A program made the position numbers and the translations under genes. The notes under the pieces were generated by a model that did no database searches, had not been told where the DNA came from, and saw only the letters and a list, made by a program, of their open reading frames with translations. A stretch of 64,000 nt of DNA from an uncultured Flavobacteriaceae bacterium (GTDB taxonomy: Bacteria; Bacteroidota; Bacteroidia; Flavobacteriales; Weeksellaceae). Positions 1 through 9,921 of this stretch are shown here, piece by piece. Where the stretch lies: assembly GCA_963516675.1 (NCBI GenBank), contig CAUQBH010000002.1:35237-99236 (forward strand), read 5' to 3'. Positions within the stretch are counted from its first letter, which is position 1, and each line of letters opens with the position of its first letter.

Positions 1-3
1 CTC

Positions 4-855
4 GTGGGAGCGATGATTATTTCGTGCAGCAGAGATAATGACAACACAAATCCTACAACGCCTCAGAAACCAAGCCAAAACATTATCCTGCCTAAAAAAC
101 TTATCCATTCTATACCTAATCATCCTGATAAAGTGTCTTCCCTTAATTACAATGGGGATAAATTGAAAGAAATAGTGTTTAGTGACGGTGGTAAAATAGA
201 AATCACATACACAGGAGATTTAATTACTTTTGTAAAAAATGAGGATGGAGAAACTTCTGACCTTAGATATACTAATGGTATTCTTACTTCGGAAATAAAA
301 AAAGTATTTTATCCCAATGGTACTATAAAAAATCAAATGGATTATGCTTATAATTACAATGGTTCTCAAGTAACAGCACAAGTAGTTGAAACAAATTACA
401 ATTACATTGGAATAGTTCAACATAAAAAAACTGCTTTTATTACTTACACATTAGATGCACAGAAAAGACCTACAAAAATAGTAGAACAGGAAGATACTTT
501 TGATAACTCAAATAATAAAACTTCTGAATATACAAGTACTGAAATATTCGTATACACTTCCCATCAAAACCTATTGAAAGATATTAAAGGAATAGATAAA
601 TTATACCATTCACATTTTATGTTAACAGATATGGATGAATTATATAACAAGAATATTTCTGAACATAAAATAAATGCAACAAATATCACAATCTCTGGAG
701 GAAATAGATATCCATTAAATACAACAAATGAATTTAAGTATAGATATACAACAAATGCCAACAATTACCCTGTGAAGCAGCAGGAATCTCACAAAGATCC
801 TTCAAAAGGAGGTATTTTTGTAGATGATGAAGGCTACACAACAATAAAATATTAA
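4..855 (+). CDS. Hypothetical lipoprotein, 5'-truncated by the window edge (lipobox-like IISC near the start; N/T/Y-rich)
   Basis: Long ORF running off the window start, so the true start lies upstream. I recognise no family. Confidence 0.4.
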   Translation: MGAMIISCSRDNDNTNPTTPQKPSQNIILPKKLIHSIPNHPDKVSSLNYNGDKLKEIVFSDGGKIEITYTGDLITFVKNEDGETSDLRYTNGILTSEIKKVFYPNGTIKNQMDYAYNYNGSQVTAQVVETNYNYIGIVQHKKTAFITYTLDAQKRPTKIVEQEDTFDNSNNKTSEYTSTEIFVYTSHQNLLKDIKGIDKLYHSHFMLTDMDELYNKNISEHKINATNITISGGNRYPLNTTNEFKYRYTTNANNYPVKQQESHKDPSKGGIFVDDEGYTTIKY

Positions 856-868
856 TATAATTCTATCC

Positions 869-897
869 AAAAACTCCCTTTTTTAGGGAGTTTTTTT
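869..897. terminator. Rho-independent terminator hairpin (CTCCC / GGGAG stem with A-run and T-run flanks), bidirectional
   Basis: AAAACTCCC-TTTTTTA-GGGAGTTTTTTT lies between the + strand lipoprotein gene and the 3' end of the - strand rnr gene. Confidence 0.6.
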
Positions 898-904
898 ATT
901 GCTG

Positions 905-3052
905 TTATTCTACTATTTTAAAATCCAATTGTTTCTGGATGAGGTTGGCTTTTACTACTTGTATTTTTATCTCATCACCGAGGCGGTAGGTTTTGCCTGA
1001 CTTGGTACCTACAATAGAATGCGCCTTCGGATCATGGAAGTAGGAATCATCCATCAGGTCTCTCAGTTTTATCATGCCTTCGGCACCGTTTTCAGGGATT
1101 TCTACCCAAAAGCCATAGTCTGCCACACCTGAGATTACCCCCGTGAAATCCTGACCTACTTTGTCTTCCATGAATTTCACCTGCATGTATTTTATAGAGT
1201 CCCGCTCTGCATTGGCTGCCAGTCTTTCCCTATCGCTGCAGTGTTTGCAGTATTCTTCGTATTCCTCTCTATTTGGCAATTTTCCACCATCTAGATAATG
1301 CTGGAGCAGTCTATGCGCCATAAGGTCTGGATAACGGCGAATAGGCGAAGTAAAATGCGAATAATATGGGAATGCCAGTCCGTAGTGTCCTATATTCTCG
1401 GTAGAATAGACTGCCTTGCTCATACTCCTCATCGCTAGGGTTTCTACCATGTTTTCTTCGCCTTTTCCTGCCACATCTTTTAGGAGCTTGTTCATACTTT
1501 CGGCTATTTTTTGAGAATTGGAAATATTCATTTTGTAGCCGAGTGTCTGCACGAAATCCCTCAGTGCTTCCAGTTTGGCTGGGTCTGGGTCATCGTGGAT
1601 ACGATAAATAAAGGTATTGTGGGTCGGTTCTCCCTTTCTGGAAAGAGATACATACTCGGAAACTTTTCTGTTTGCCAGCAGCATAAACTCCTCTATGAGG
1701 TGGTTAGAATCTTTACTGATTTTAAAATAAACCCCGATAGGATTATTGTTTTCATCAAGATTAAATCTCACCTCACTGCGGTCAAAGGCGATAGCTCCTT
1801 TCTTTAATCTCTCTTTTCTGAGAATCTTCGCCAAGTGGTCTAATGCCAGTATTTCCTCAGCCAAATCTCCTTTTCCTGTTTCTATACGCTCTTGGGCTTC
1901 TTCGTAGGAGAATCTTCTATCGGAATGGATGACTGTACGCCCAAACCACTGCTTCACTATCTCTGCATTGTCATTCATCTCAAAAACCGCCGAAAAAGCG
2001 TATCTATCCACATTTGGCTTTAGCGAACAGAGGTCATTACTGAGAATCTCTGGAAGCATGGGAACTACCCTGTCCACGAGATAAACGGAAGTCGCACGGC
2101 TGTATGCTTCCTCATCGAGGAGCGTTCCTGGCTGCACATAGTGGGATACATCGGCGATGTGTACGCCTATTTCCCAGTTTCCGTTGTCTAATTTTTTCAG
2201 CGATAGCGCATCATCAAAGTCCTTGGCATCTTTCGGATCTATGGTAAAAGTAAGCGCCTCCCGCATGTCTCTTCTTTTTTTCAGCTCTTCGGGAGTGATT
2301 TCTCGGCTGATTTTATTGGCGAAATCCTCTACTTCCTCAGGGAAATGGTAAGGCAGCTCATACTCGGCAAGGATAGAATGTATTTCCGTTTCGTGTTCGC
2401 CTGGTTTTCCTAATACTTTGATGATTTCGCCTTCTGGGTTTTTAGAGTTAATGTCCCATTGGAGCATTTTCACGACTACTTTATCGCCGTCTTTGGCTCC
2501 ATGGATTTTAGATTTTGGAATGAAAATATCGGTATTAATGACCTTTTTGTCACAAACCACAAACCCGAAATCCTTATATTTCACATACTCAAATGTCCCC
2601 ACGAAAGAGTCTTTGGCTCTCTCCAAGACCTCCAATACAGAACCTTCCAGCTTCCGCCCTTTGAAATTGTAAGTGATGATTAAGACCTTATCCCCCTGCA
2701 AAGCATCTTTTACATTTTTCTGATGGATGAAAATATCTTCATCTAGTCCTTCCACGCTTACATAGGCATTTCCATTCAGCGCAAAATCTATTGTCCCTGT
2801 CAGCGTTTCTTTTATCTGCAGGTTCACCATATATTTGCCCTTTTCTACTTCTTTTATTTTATCTTGGGCTCTCAGTTTGTGCAGAGTCTGGATGACCAGC
2901 TCTCTCTGACGCGGGTTTTTGTAATCTATGCCGTCTGCTATCTGTTTGTAATTGTATATTTTTGAATTTTTCTTATTCATAAATCGGAGAATGAGTCTTC
3001 CGATACTCTCCAATTTGTATTGTTGTTTTTGTGATTTATTTTTCTTCTTCAT
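905..3052 (-). CDS. rnr: Ribonuclease R (RNB-family 3'-5' exoribonuclease with C-terminal S1 domain)
   Basis: 715 aa with a cold-shock-like N-terminal region, an RNB catalytic core and a C-terminal S1 (GVISGVADYGFWVEI...). The length and domain order are typical of RNase R/VacB. Confidence 0.85.
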   Translation of the reverse strand: MKKKNKSQKQQYKLESIGRLILRFMNKKNSKIYNYKQIADGIDYKNPRQRELVIQTLHKLRAQDKIKEVEKGKYMVNLQIKETLTGTIDFALNGNAYVSVEGLDEDIFIHQKNVKDALQGDKVLIITYNFKGRKLEGSVLEVLERAKDSFVGTFEYVKYKDFGFVVCDKKVINTDIFIPKSKIHGAKDGDKVVVKMLQWDINSKNPEGEIIKVLGKPGEHETEIHSILAEYELPYHFPEEVEDFANKISREITPEELKKRRDMREALTFTIDPKDAKDFDDALSLKKLDNGNWEIGVHIADVSHYVQPGTLLDEEAYSRATSVYLVDRVVPMLPEILSNDLCSLKPNVDRYAFSAVFEMNDNAEIVKQWFGRTVIHSDRRFSYEEAQERIETGKGDLAEEILALDHLAKILRKERLKKGAIAFDRSEVRFNLDENNNPIGVYFKISKDSNHLIEEFMLLANRKVSEYVSLSRKGEPTHNTFIYRIHDDPDPAKLEALRDFVQTLGYKMNISNSQKIAESMNKLLKDVAGKGEENMVETLAMRSMSKAVYSTENIGHYGLAFPYYSHFTSPIRRYPDLMAHRLLQHYLDGGKLPNREEYEEYCKHCSDRERLAANAERDSIKYMQVKFMEDKVGQDFTGVISGVADYGFWVEIPENGAEGMIKLRDLMDDSYFHDPKAHSIVGTKSGKTYRLGDEIKIQVVKANLIQKQLDFKIVE

Positions 3053-3115
3053 AGATGTTTTTCTTAAAAATTTTGTTCTTCAAATATAACATTATTTATG
3101 CTTTTTTAACCAAAA

Positions 3116-3147
3116 ATCCCCCTTCATCTTTTTATAAGAAGGGGGAT
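3116..3147 (-). terminator. Rho-independent terminator (10-bp stem ATCCCCCTTC/GAAGGGGGAT) downstream of rpiB
   Basis: Perfect 10-bp inverted repeat between the rpiB stop and the rnr start, with T-rich tracts on the - strand after the stem. Confidence 0.6.
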
Positions 3148-3178
3148 TGAATTACAAAAAACAAAAATCGTTATTTTC

Positions 3179-3607
3179 CTATGGTTTTATTTTATCCACT
3201 CTCAGCTGGTGTCTACCTCCTTCAAATTCTGCGGTAAGGAATGCTTTTGCAATTTCCAAAGCCTCTTCATTGCTCACGAATCTTGCTGGAATTGCCACCA
3301 TATTAGCATCATTGTGCTGTCTTGTCAAAGCTGCAACTTCTGGGTTCCAAGCCAGTCCAGCTCGGATACCTTCATGTTTATTGGCTGCCAGCTGCATACC
3401 ATTTCCTGTTCCGCATATTAAAATTCCCAAAACACAGTCCCCCTTTTCGATAGAAGTAGCGGCAGGATGAGCAAAATCTGGATAATCTACACTTTCCTTA
3501 AAAAATGTCCCAAAATCCACCATGTTATAATCTGCTTTTAGTTTTCTTTTTAGAAAATCTTTCATTTCATGACCTGCGTGGTCAGATGCTATTGCTATGT
3601 TTATCAT
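3179..3607 (-). CDS. rpiB: Ribose-5-phosphate isomerase B (RpiB/LacA/LacB family)
   Basis: 142 aa. The N-terminal IAIASDHAGHEMK and the CGTGNGM motif are characteristic of RpiB. Confidence 0.85.
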   Translation of the reverse strand: MINIAIASDHAGHEMKDFLKRKLKADYNMVDFGTFFKESVDYPDFAHPAATSIEKGDCVLGILICGTGNGMQLAANKHEGIRAGLAWNPEVAALTRQHNDANMVAIPARFVSNEEALEIAKAFLTAEFEGGRHQLRVDKIKP

Positions 3608-3662
3608 ATCTATTCTATTTTTCTTTTTGCAAAAATATTATTTTAGCAAGGTTTAAGACAAA

Positions 3663-5732
3663 TTATTTTTTATGATTTTTGTAATGTTTCAGTCCGCATT
3701 CTAAGAATTTCTTGAAATCTTCTTTGTCCATGTATCCAGAAACAGGCGTGTTAATCACCTTATTATCAGGAGTTACCAGAACATAGTGCGGCTGGGAATT
3801 GTTCTCAAAATTTATCTGCTGAAACATACTCCATCTATCGCCTATTGTTTTTATCTTCTTCATCTGTCCATTTCCCATGTCTATTTTCATCTGCTGGTCT
3901 TGTGGAAGTTCATCTTTATCATCTATATAAAGAGAAGCCAAAACCACCTCGTTCTGAAGAATTGGTAAAATATCTGGCTGTGACCAAACGAATTCCTCCA
4001 TTTTTCGGCAGTTTTCGCAGCCGTGACCCGTGAAGTCTATCAGGATAGGTTTGTTTTCTTTTTTTGCTAATTCTATCGCTTCGAAATAGTCATGAATAGG
4101 GTGTATTCCCAAAATCCCATCTTTTTCATTATGAAAATAGCTCACATTGAGCGGCGGCAAAATTCCACTCAGCATAGAAAGTTTCGGTCTGTCGCTCGGT
4201 ATCAATCCTTGAACTAAATACACCAAAAAGCCTATTCCAGCCGCTCCAAATAATTTTCTCGTAAGTGAAATTTTTGGTTTTTTATCATCATGTGGAAATC
4301 TTATCAATCCAAATAAATACAATACCAAACCAATGGTAAGAACCACCCAAATGGCAATGAACAGCTCTCGTTTTATAAATGCTGTTTTTGCTACCAAATC
4401 GGCTTTAGAAAGGAATTTCAGCGCCAATCCCAGTTCTATGAATCCCAGCACTACTTTCAGCGTATTCATCCAGCCTCCTGACTTCGGCAAAGACTGTAAT
4501 GCCTGTGGAAACAGCGCCAACAATCCGAAAACAATCGCCCAAGCAAAACCAAAACCTGCCAAAGCAAAAGTCAGCAGCATAGGAACATTAGACGACCCCG
4601 TAACAGCACTTCCCAGCAATGACCCTAGAATAGGCCCTGTACATGAAAACGAAACAATCACCAAGGTAAGCGCCATGAAGAATATTCCTACGATTCCTCC
4701 TGCCTCTTCGGCTTTTGAAGATTTATTGGCTATGGAACTTGGCAACGCTATATCATAATATCCAAAAAAACTTCCCGCAAAGAAAACAAACACGATAAAA
4801 AATGCCAAATTAAGCCATACGCTGGTAGATATTTCATTAAAAATATTTCCTGCAACGCCGCTTATTAGGTGAAATGGCAAACTAAGCAAAGTAAAAATCA
4901 ACAGAATGAAGAAACCATAGAGAACAGCATCTCTTCTGCCCTTCGCTTTGTCTTTTGCTCCTTTGGTAAAAAAAGAAACCGTCAAAGGCACCATAGGGAA
5001 AACGCATGGCGTAAGCAAAGCAATAATCCCTCCAATAAATCCTAAAAATAGATAAGTCCAATAGCTCTCATCCGTATTCGCAGTCTGCTCTGTACCACAC
5101 TGAACAAGAGGATTTTTATAATCAAACCCTTGTATTTTTAGGTTTTTCGTGTCTAATTTTTGGTTTTCAGCCAATGTCTGCGAAGCCTGTGTTTCATCTG
5201 TGGATGTATCTTTCGGAGTTTCGGAATTTTCTTTTTTGTCTAAAATTTCTTCGTCCTTTATATCACTTCCCTCTATCTTTATTTGATGCTGAAGCTCAAT
5301 GGTATTGGGCGCAAGACAAACTCTGTCATCACAGGTTTGATAAGTAATTTCTGCTGAAACATTGGTAGATTTTTTAGCATCTTTTAGTTTGAATTTTTGT
5401 TTAAAAGACACTGTATTAGAATAATAGACTATTCTAGCACCAAACGCCTCCGAAAACTCATCTATTTTTTTTCCTACCTCGGTTACCTTTCCTATGGGTT
5501 CTATATTTTTCCCTAAAAGTTTCATCTCTGTGGGAATACCGCTGTCTTCAGGAATATCTTTAGAGTAGATATGCCATCCGTTTTCTAATTTTGCTATGAG
5601 GATGGCTTCGTATTCATTTTCGCCTAATTTATTGACTTCTAGTTTAAATTTTACTGGGTCTTTTATCTGAGCATAAACTCCTGTTATGATAACACTAAAA
5701 AGAACAAGTAAAAGCTTTTTTATGCTTTGCAT
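3663..5732 (-). CDS. dsbD: Thiol:disulfide interchange protein DsbD (N-terminal periplasmic domain, multi-TM core, C-terminal thioredoxin domain)
   Basis: 689 aa with a signal peptide, a central run of hydrophobic helices carrying conserved Cys (LLTPCVFPMVP), and a C-terminal thioredoxin-like fold with a CxxC (GHGCENC). Confidence 0.8.
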   Translation of the reverse strand: MQSIKKLLLVLFSVIITGVYAQIKDPVKFKLEVNKLGENEYEAILIAKLENGWHIYSKDIPEDSGIPTEMKLLGKNIEPIGKVTEVGKKIDEFSEAFGARIVYYSNTVSFKQKFKLKDAKKSTNVSAEITYQTCDDRVCLAPNTIELQHQIKIEGSDIKDEEILDKKENSETPKDTSTDETQASQTLAENQKLDTKNLKIQGFDYKNPLVQCGTEQTANTDESYWTYLFLGFIGGIIALLTPCVFPMVPLTVSFFTKGAKDKAKGRRDAVLYGFFILLIFTLLSLPFHLISGVAGNIFNEISTSVWLNLAFFIVFVFFAGSFFGYYDIALPSSIANKSSKAEEAGGIVGIFFMALTLVIVSFSCTGPILGSLLGSAVTGSSNVPMLLTFALAGFGFAWAIVFGLLALFPQALQSLPKSGGWMNTLKVVLGFIELGLALKFLSKADLVAKTAFIKRELFIAIWVVLTIGLVLYLFGLIRFPHDDKKPKISLTRKLFGAAGIGFLVYLVQGLIPSDRPKLSMLSGILPPLNVSYFHNEKDGILGIHPIHDYFEAIELAKKENKPILIDFTGHGCENCRKMEEFVWSQPDILPILQNEVVLASLYIDDKDELPQDQQMKIDMGNGQMKKIKTIGDRWSMFQQINFENNSQPHYVLVTPDNKVINTPVSGYMDKEDFKKFLECGLKHYKNHKK

Positions 5733-5760
5733 TTTGTATTATTTCTTCTGTTAATATTTT

Positions 5761-7599
5761 TTATTCAAAATCTTGTAATTCCACGAGCTTTTTATAAGCT
5801 CCGTTTTTGTCCATAAGCTCTTTGTGAGTTCCCTGTTCTAGTATCATTCCTCGTTCCATCACTACTATCCAGTCTGCTTTTTGGATTGTAGAAAGACGGT
5901 GGGCGATAACCAGTGAGGTTCTGTTCTCCATCATTTTTTCTAATGCTTCCTGCACGAATCTCTCGCTCTCAGTATCCAGCGCCGAAGTTGCCTCATCCAG
6001 AATCATAATTGGAGGATTTTTCAGCACGGCGCGGGCGATGGAAACTCTTTGTTTTTGTCCGCCAGAGAGTTTATTCCCATCATCGCCTATATTGGTATCA
6101 TACCCATCCGAAAGATTGAGAATGAAATCATGGGCGTTGGCGATTTTTGCGGCTGCTTCTACTTCTTCTCTATCCGCATCTGGCTTACCCATGAGAATAT
6201 TGTTATAAACACTGTCATTGAACAATACAGACTCCTGAGTAACCATTCCTATCATTTTTCTATAATCCCTTACTTTTAGGTCTTTTATATTATTCCCATC
6301 TATCAGGATTTGTCCCTCTGTGGCATCATAAAATCTGGCTAAAAGATTGGCAATCGTGGTTTTTCCACTTCCACTTTGTCCCACCAGCGCAACTGTTTTC
6401 CCTCTTGGAATAGTTAAATTAAAGTTTTTCAGTATGGTTCTATCTTCATTATAATAAAATCCTACATTTTTAAACTCTATGCTGTTTTCTAATGTCTGGA
6501 TAGGAATAGGATTTTCTTTTTCGTCTATCTTGATATCAGCATCCAGAATCTCTATCACACGCTCCAGCGCTGGCCCTCCCTTTTGTATGGTAGAAATGGA
6601 ATTGGCTAAACTCTTAGCTGGAGGCAGGATTTGGAAAAACATCGCTAAAAAAACCAAAAACTCCTCAGGCGAAAGACTTTGGTTTTCAATGATTTGTTTC
6701 CCTCCATACCATGTGATTATCAGAAAAGTAATAGAACCCAAAAACTCACTCATCGGAGAGGCAAGTTCTCTTTTTTTACCTACGCCTACTGCGGCATTCA
6801 GCCACTTATTGATAGAAGTCGTGAAACGATTATTTAGTAATTTATCTGCATTAAAAATTTTAATAACCTTGGCAGATTTAAGAGTTTCATCTACGATAGA
6901 AAAAATATTTCCCATTTCGGTTTGGGCTTCGTGGGCTTGTTTTTTTAGGCTTTTTCCTATCAACGCTATCAGAGTTCCCATCACTGGCAAAACTAATAAT
7001 GTAAAGAATGTAAGTTCTGGACTTAGATAAAACAAAGTAATCAGCGTGCTTATCAGCATAAAAGGCGAATTAACCAACTCTACTAAACTACCTAAAATAC
7101 TTCCTTCCACATCTCCCACATCATTAGACATTCTAGACATCATATCTCCTTTTTTTTGTTCTGTAAAAAACGAAACAGGAAGTGTCAAAATCTTTTGATA
7201 CATAGAAGTACGAAGGTCTTTGGCAACACCTACACGATAATAAATAAGCATCAAAGAACCTATGTAACGGAAAATATTTCTTGCAAAAAACGCAAACGCC
7301 GTGATAACGCATAACCACGCCAAAACGGTCAAAGCTCCATGTTCTTTCGCATTTACCTCTACCAGATAATATGCATAGTCCTTCAAGTAGGAAAAATAAT
7401 CTGACATATTCCCGCTATATACGGGCTCTACGGTTGGTTTTTTGTTATTAATAGTTCCAAAAAGCATCCCCAAAACAGGAAGTATCGTACCCGCAGATGC
7501 TATCTGGAAAACGGAATAAAGAATATTAAAAAATAAACTCCCGAAAATATATTTTTTATGAGGGTTGGCAAATGCCAAAATTCTTCTATAAGGATTCAT
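5761..7599 (-). CDS. ABC transporter, fused permease/ATP-binding subunit (MsbA-like exporter)
   Basis: 612 aa with six N-terminal TM helices, then Walker A (GQSGSGKTT), the ABC signature (LSGGQKQR) and Walker B (ILDEATSALD). Confidence 0.85.
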   Translation of the reverse strand: MNPYRRILAFANPHKKYIFGSLFFNILYSVFQIASAGTILPVLGMLFGTINNKKPTVEPVYSGNMSDYFSYLKDYAYYLVEVNAKEHGALTVLAWLCVITAFAFFARNIFRYIGSLMLIYYRVGVAKDLRTSMYQKILTLPVSFFTEQKKGDMMSRMSNDVGDVEGSILGSLVELVNSPFMLISTLITLFYLSPELTFFTLLVLPVMGTLIALIGKSLKKQAHEAQTEMGNIFSIVDETLKSAKVIKIFNADKLLNNRFTTSINKWLNAAVGVGKKRELASPMSEFLGSITFLIITWYGGKQIIENQSLSPEEFLVFLAMFFQILPPAKSLANSISTIQKGGPALERVIEILDADIKIDEKENPIPIQTLENSIEFKNVGFYYNEDRTILKNFNLTIPRGKTVALVGQSGSGKTTIANLLARFYDATEGQILIDGNNIKDLKVRDYRKMIGMVTQESVLFNDSVYNNILMGKPDADREEVEAAAKIANAHDFILNLSDGYDTNIGDDGNKLSGGQKQRVSIARAVLKNPPIMILDEATSALDTESERFVQEALEKMMENRTSLVIAHRLSTIQKADWIVVMERGMILEQGTHKELMDKNGAYKKLVELQDFE

Positions 7600-7640
7600 T
7601 AAACATAAATTTCAACTGACCAAATTACAATTTTTTTCTT

Positions 7641-7674
7641 ATACAAAAAACCAGCCAAAAAAAGACTGGTTTTT
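7641..7674 (-). terminator. Putative terminator hairpin (AACCAG/CTGGTT) downstream of the DUF4293-like gene
   Basis: 6-bp stem followed on the - strand by a T-run. Confidence 0.4.
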
Positions 7675-7698
7675 CACTCAAAATAAATCGTTGTATAG

Positions 7699-8076
7699 CT
7701 ATCGGAGTCTGTCTACAGATTTTACAAGCCTCTCATCTCTATGGATATTTTTATTTGCAAGAAATAAAAACACAATAGAAATCAGTGGAAATATCGGCTC
7801 AATACCTTTCTCAGGAAAATCCATTCCTCCAGGTAAATTTAGTAACCAATAAACCAATAACCCTATCAACAAAGCGTTTATAACAATACTGAAATTATTC
7901 AGCAGTATTTGTCTTCTTCTATTTTTGTACATAAAAATACAGATGAATTCCAGCACTCCCAAAAATCCTGCTCCGCCCAAAAACCCTGGAATTTCAACAT
8001 CTTTTGATGTCAAAAAAAGTCCTCCAGTGGCAAGCACTGCGACAAGGATAAATATAGTCTGTATTCTTTGTAACAT
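7699..8076 (-). CDS. Small polytopic membrane protein (DUF4293-like; conserved upstream neighbour of rho in Flavobacteriia)
   Basis: The ORF is open back to 8133, but Met-20 (MLQRIQTIF..., start 8076) is preceded by a TATTTTTG -7-like box. Four predicted TM helices. The family assignment is from memory of gene order, not a search. Confidence 0.5.
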   Translation of the reverse strand: MLQRIQTIFILVAVLATGGLFLTSKDVEIPGFLGGAGFLGVLEFICIFMYKNRRRQILLNNFSIVINALLIGLLVYWLLNLPGGMDFPEKGIEPIFPLISIVFLFLANKNIHRDERLVKSVDRLR

Positions 8077-8227
8077 GTTGCAAAAGTAAAATAATTTTTT
8101 GTATTTATCAAAAATAGTGTAGATTTGCACCATATTTTTCGATTAGAGGAGCAGTGGACTTCTATCATTTGTTCCTATTTACATCTTAATTTTACATTGA
8201 TTTTAATTATATTTACTAAATATTTAT

Positions 8228-9880
8228 ATGTTTAACATTGAAAGCCTACAGTCAAAATCTACAACAGAATTGACTAAAATTTGTAAAGATTTAGGCATTA
8301 AAGTAGCAAGAAACAGCACAGAAAATGATAAGGTTTTCGCTATTCTTGACTTTCAAGCTGCAAATCCCAAAGTAGCAAAGGAGTACTATAATGCAACTGA
8401 AGAAAAATCTGAGAACACCACTGAAAACCAAACTCCAGAGAAAAAAACTACTAAAAGAAAAAGAGTAGAAAAACCAGAAGAAGAAAATATTTCGGACAAA
8501 AAAGAAGAAACAGAATCAAAAACCGAAAAACCTGCAAAAGAGGAGAAAAAAACTACTCCAAAAGCCAAAAAATCTCCTAAAAATACAAAAGAAAAAGAAG
8601 CTAATGCTCCAGCTTCGGCAGTAGAGGAAAATATTTCGGAAGAGAAAAACAATGAAGGAGAAAAACTTCTAAAAAAGAAAAACAAACAAAAAGAAAACTC
8701 AAAACAACCAGAAAACAAAGAACCCGAAAACGAAGAGCAAAATCCTCCTAAAAAGGAATTTAATTTTGACAATATTGTAATCGTAGAGGGTGTTTTAGAG
8801 ATTCTTCCTGATAACTATGGATTCCTCCGTTCTTCGGATTTTAATTATATTTCTTCCCCAGATGATGTATTTGTCTCCACCAATCAAATCAGAAACTATG
8901 GTCTAAAAACTGGTGATACCGTGAAAGGTATCGTCCGACTTCCAAAAGAAGGAGAAAAATATTTTTCGCTCCAAAAAGCATTAGAAGTAAATGGCAGAGA
9001 CCTGCATTTCATCAAAGACAGAGTAGCTTTTGAATATCTTACTCCGCTATTCCCACAAGAGAAATTTAATTTAGCTGGAAAAAATTCCACCCTTTCTACC
9101 AGAATAGTAGATCTATTCGCTCCAATAGGAAAAGGACAAAGAGCAATGATAGTAGCCCAGCCTAAAACAGGGAAAACTATGCTCCTGAAAGACATTGCCA
9201 ATTCCATTTCGGCAAATCACCCAGAAGCCTATATGATGATTCTTCTGATAGATGAAAGACCAGAGGAAGTAACTGATATGCAGCGAAGTGTGAATGCAGA
9301 AGTAATCGCTTCTACCTTTGATGAAGCGGCAGAAAAACATGTAAAAGTGGCCAATCTGGTTCTGTCAAAAGCCCAAAGAATGGTAGAGTGCGGACATGAT
9401 GTGGTAATTTTACTAGATTCTATCACTCGTCTGGCAAGAGCCTATAACACGGTAACACCTGCCTCTGGGAAAATCCTCTCTGGTGGGGTAGATGCCAATG
9501 CACTGCACAAACCAAAAAGATTTTTCGGAGCGGCTAGGAAAATAGAAGGCGGCGGTTCTTTGACCATCATCGCTACAGCTCTGATAGATACAGGTTCTAA
9601 AATGGATGAGGTGATTTTTGAAGAATTCAAAGGAACAGGAAACATGGAACTCCTGCTGGATAGAAAAATTGCCAATAAAAGGGTTTTCCCTGCAGTGGAT
9701 TTGGTGGCTTCCAGCACGAGAAGAGACGACCTGCTTCATGATGAAACTACTCAGCAGAGAATGTGGATTCTGAGAAAATATCTTTCTGATATGAATCCTG
9801 TAGAAGCTATGGAATTTGTAGAAAAACAAATGAAAGCAACTCTGAACAACGAAGAATTCCTAATGTCTATGAACAAATAA
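8228..9880 (+). CDS. rho: Transcription termination factor Rho with a long K/E-rich N-terminal insertion (Bacteroidota-type)
   Basis: 550 aa. N-terminal Rho_N ([11 protein letters not shown]), a low-complexity insertion of about 130 aa, a cold-shock-like RNA-binding domain, Walker A ([17 protein letters not shown]) and a RecA-like ATPase core. Confidence 0.9.
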   Translation: MFNIESLQSKSTTELTKICKDLGIKVARNSTENDKVFAILDFQAANPKVAKEYYNATEEKSENTTENQTPEKKTTKRKRVEKPEEENISDKKEETESKTEKPAKEEKKTTPKAKKSPKNTKEKEANAPASAVEENISEEKNNEGEKLLKKKNKQKENSKQPENKEPENEEQNPPKKEFNFDNIVIVEGVLEILPDNYGFLRSSDFNYISSPDDVFVSTNQIRNYGLKTGDTVKGIVRLPKEGEKYFSLQKALEVNGRDLHFIKDRVAFEYLTPLFPQEKFNLAGKNSTLSTRIVDLFAPIGKGQRAMIVAQPKTGKTMLLKDIANSISANHPEAYMMILLIDERPEEVTDMQRSVNAEVIASTFDEAAEKHVKVANLVLSKAQRMVECGHDVVILLDSITRLARAYNTVTPASGKILSGGVDANALHKPKRFFGAARKIEGGGSLTIIATALIDTGSKMDEVIFEEFKGTGNMELLLDRKIANKRVFPAVDLVASSTRRDDLLHDETTQQRMWILRKYLSDMNPVEAMEFVEKQMKATLNNEEFLMSMNK

Positions 9881-9910
9881 AAAAACCTCGGAAATTCCGA
9901 GGTTTTTCGT
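9880..9910. terminator. Rho-independent terminator (CCTCGG...CCGAGG + T-run), bidirectional between rho and the convergent hydrolase gene
   Basis: AAAAAACCTCGGAAATTCCGAGGTTTTTCGTTTTT. Confidence 0.65.
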
Positions 9911-9921
9911 TTTTAGAAGTT

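Noticed and set aside
6479-7030. 183-aa + strand ORF inside the ABC transporter gene. Similar antisense ORFs occur at 1511-1807, 4333-4758, 9413-9829, 36927-37451, 37181-37516, 37706-38068 and 63298-63726.
   Set aside because: Each lies wholly within a well-supported gene on the opposite strand. The translations are low-complexity or Cys/Ser/Phe-rich with no recognisable motifs, so they are shadow ORFs.
8386-8772. 128-aa antisense ORF (S/F-rich) opposite the Rho insertion region
   Set aside because: An artefact of the purine-rich sense strand. The reverse complement of AAAGAA repeats gives open TTC/TTT-rich frames.
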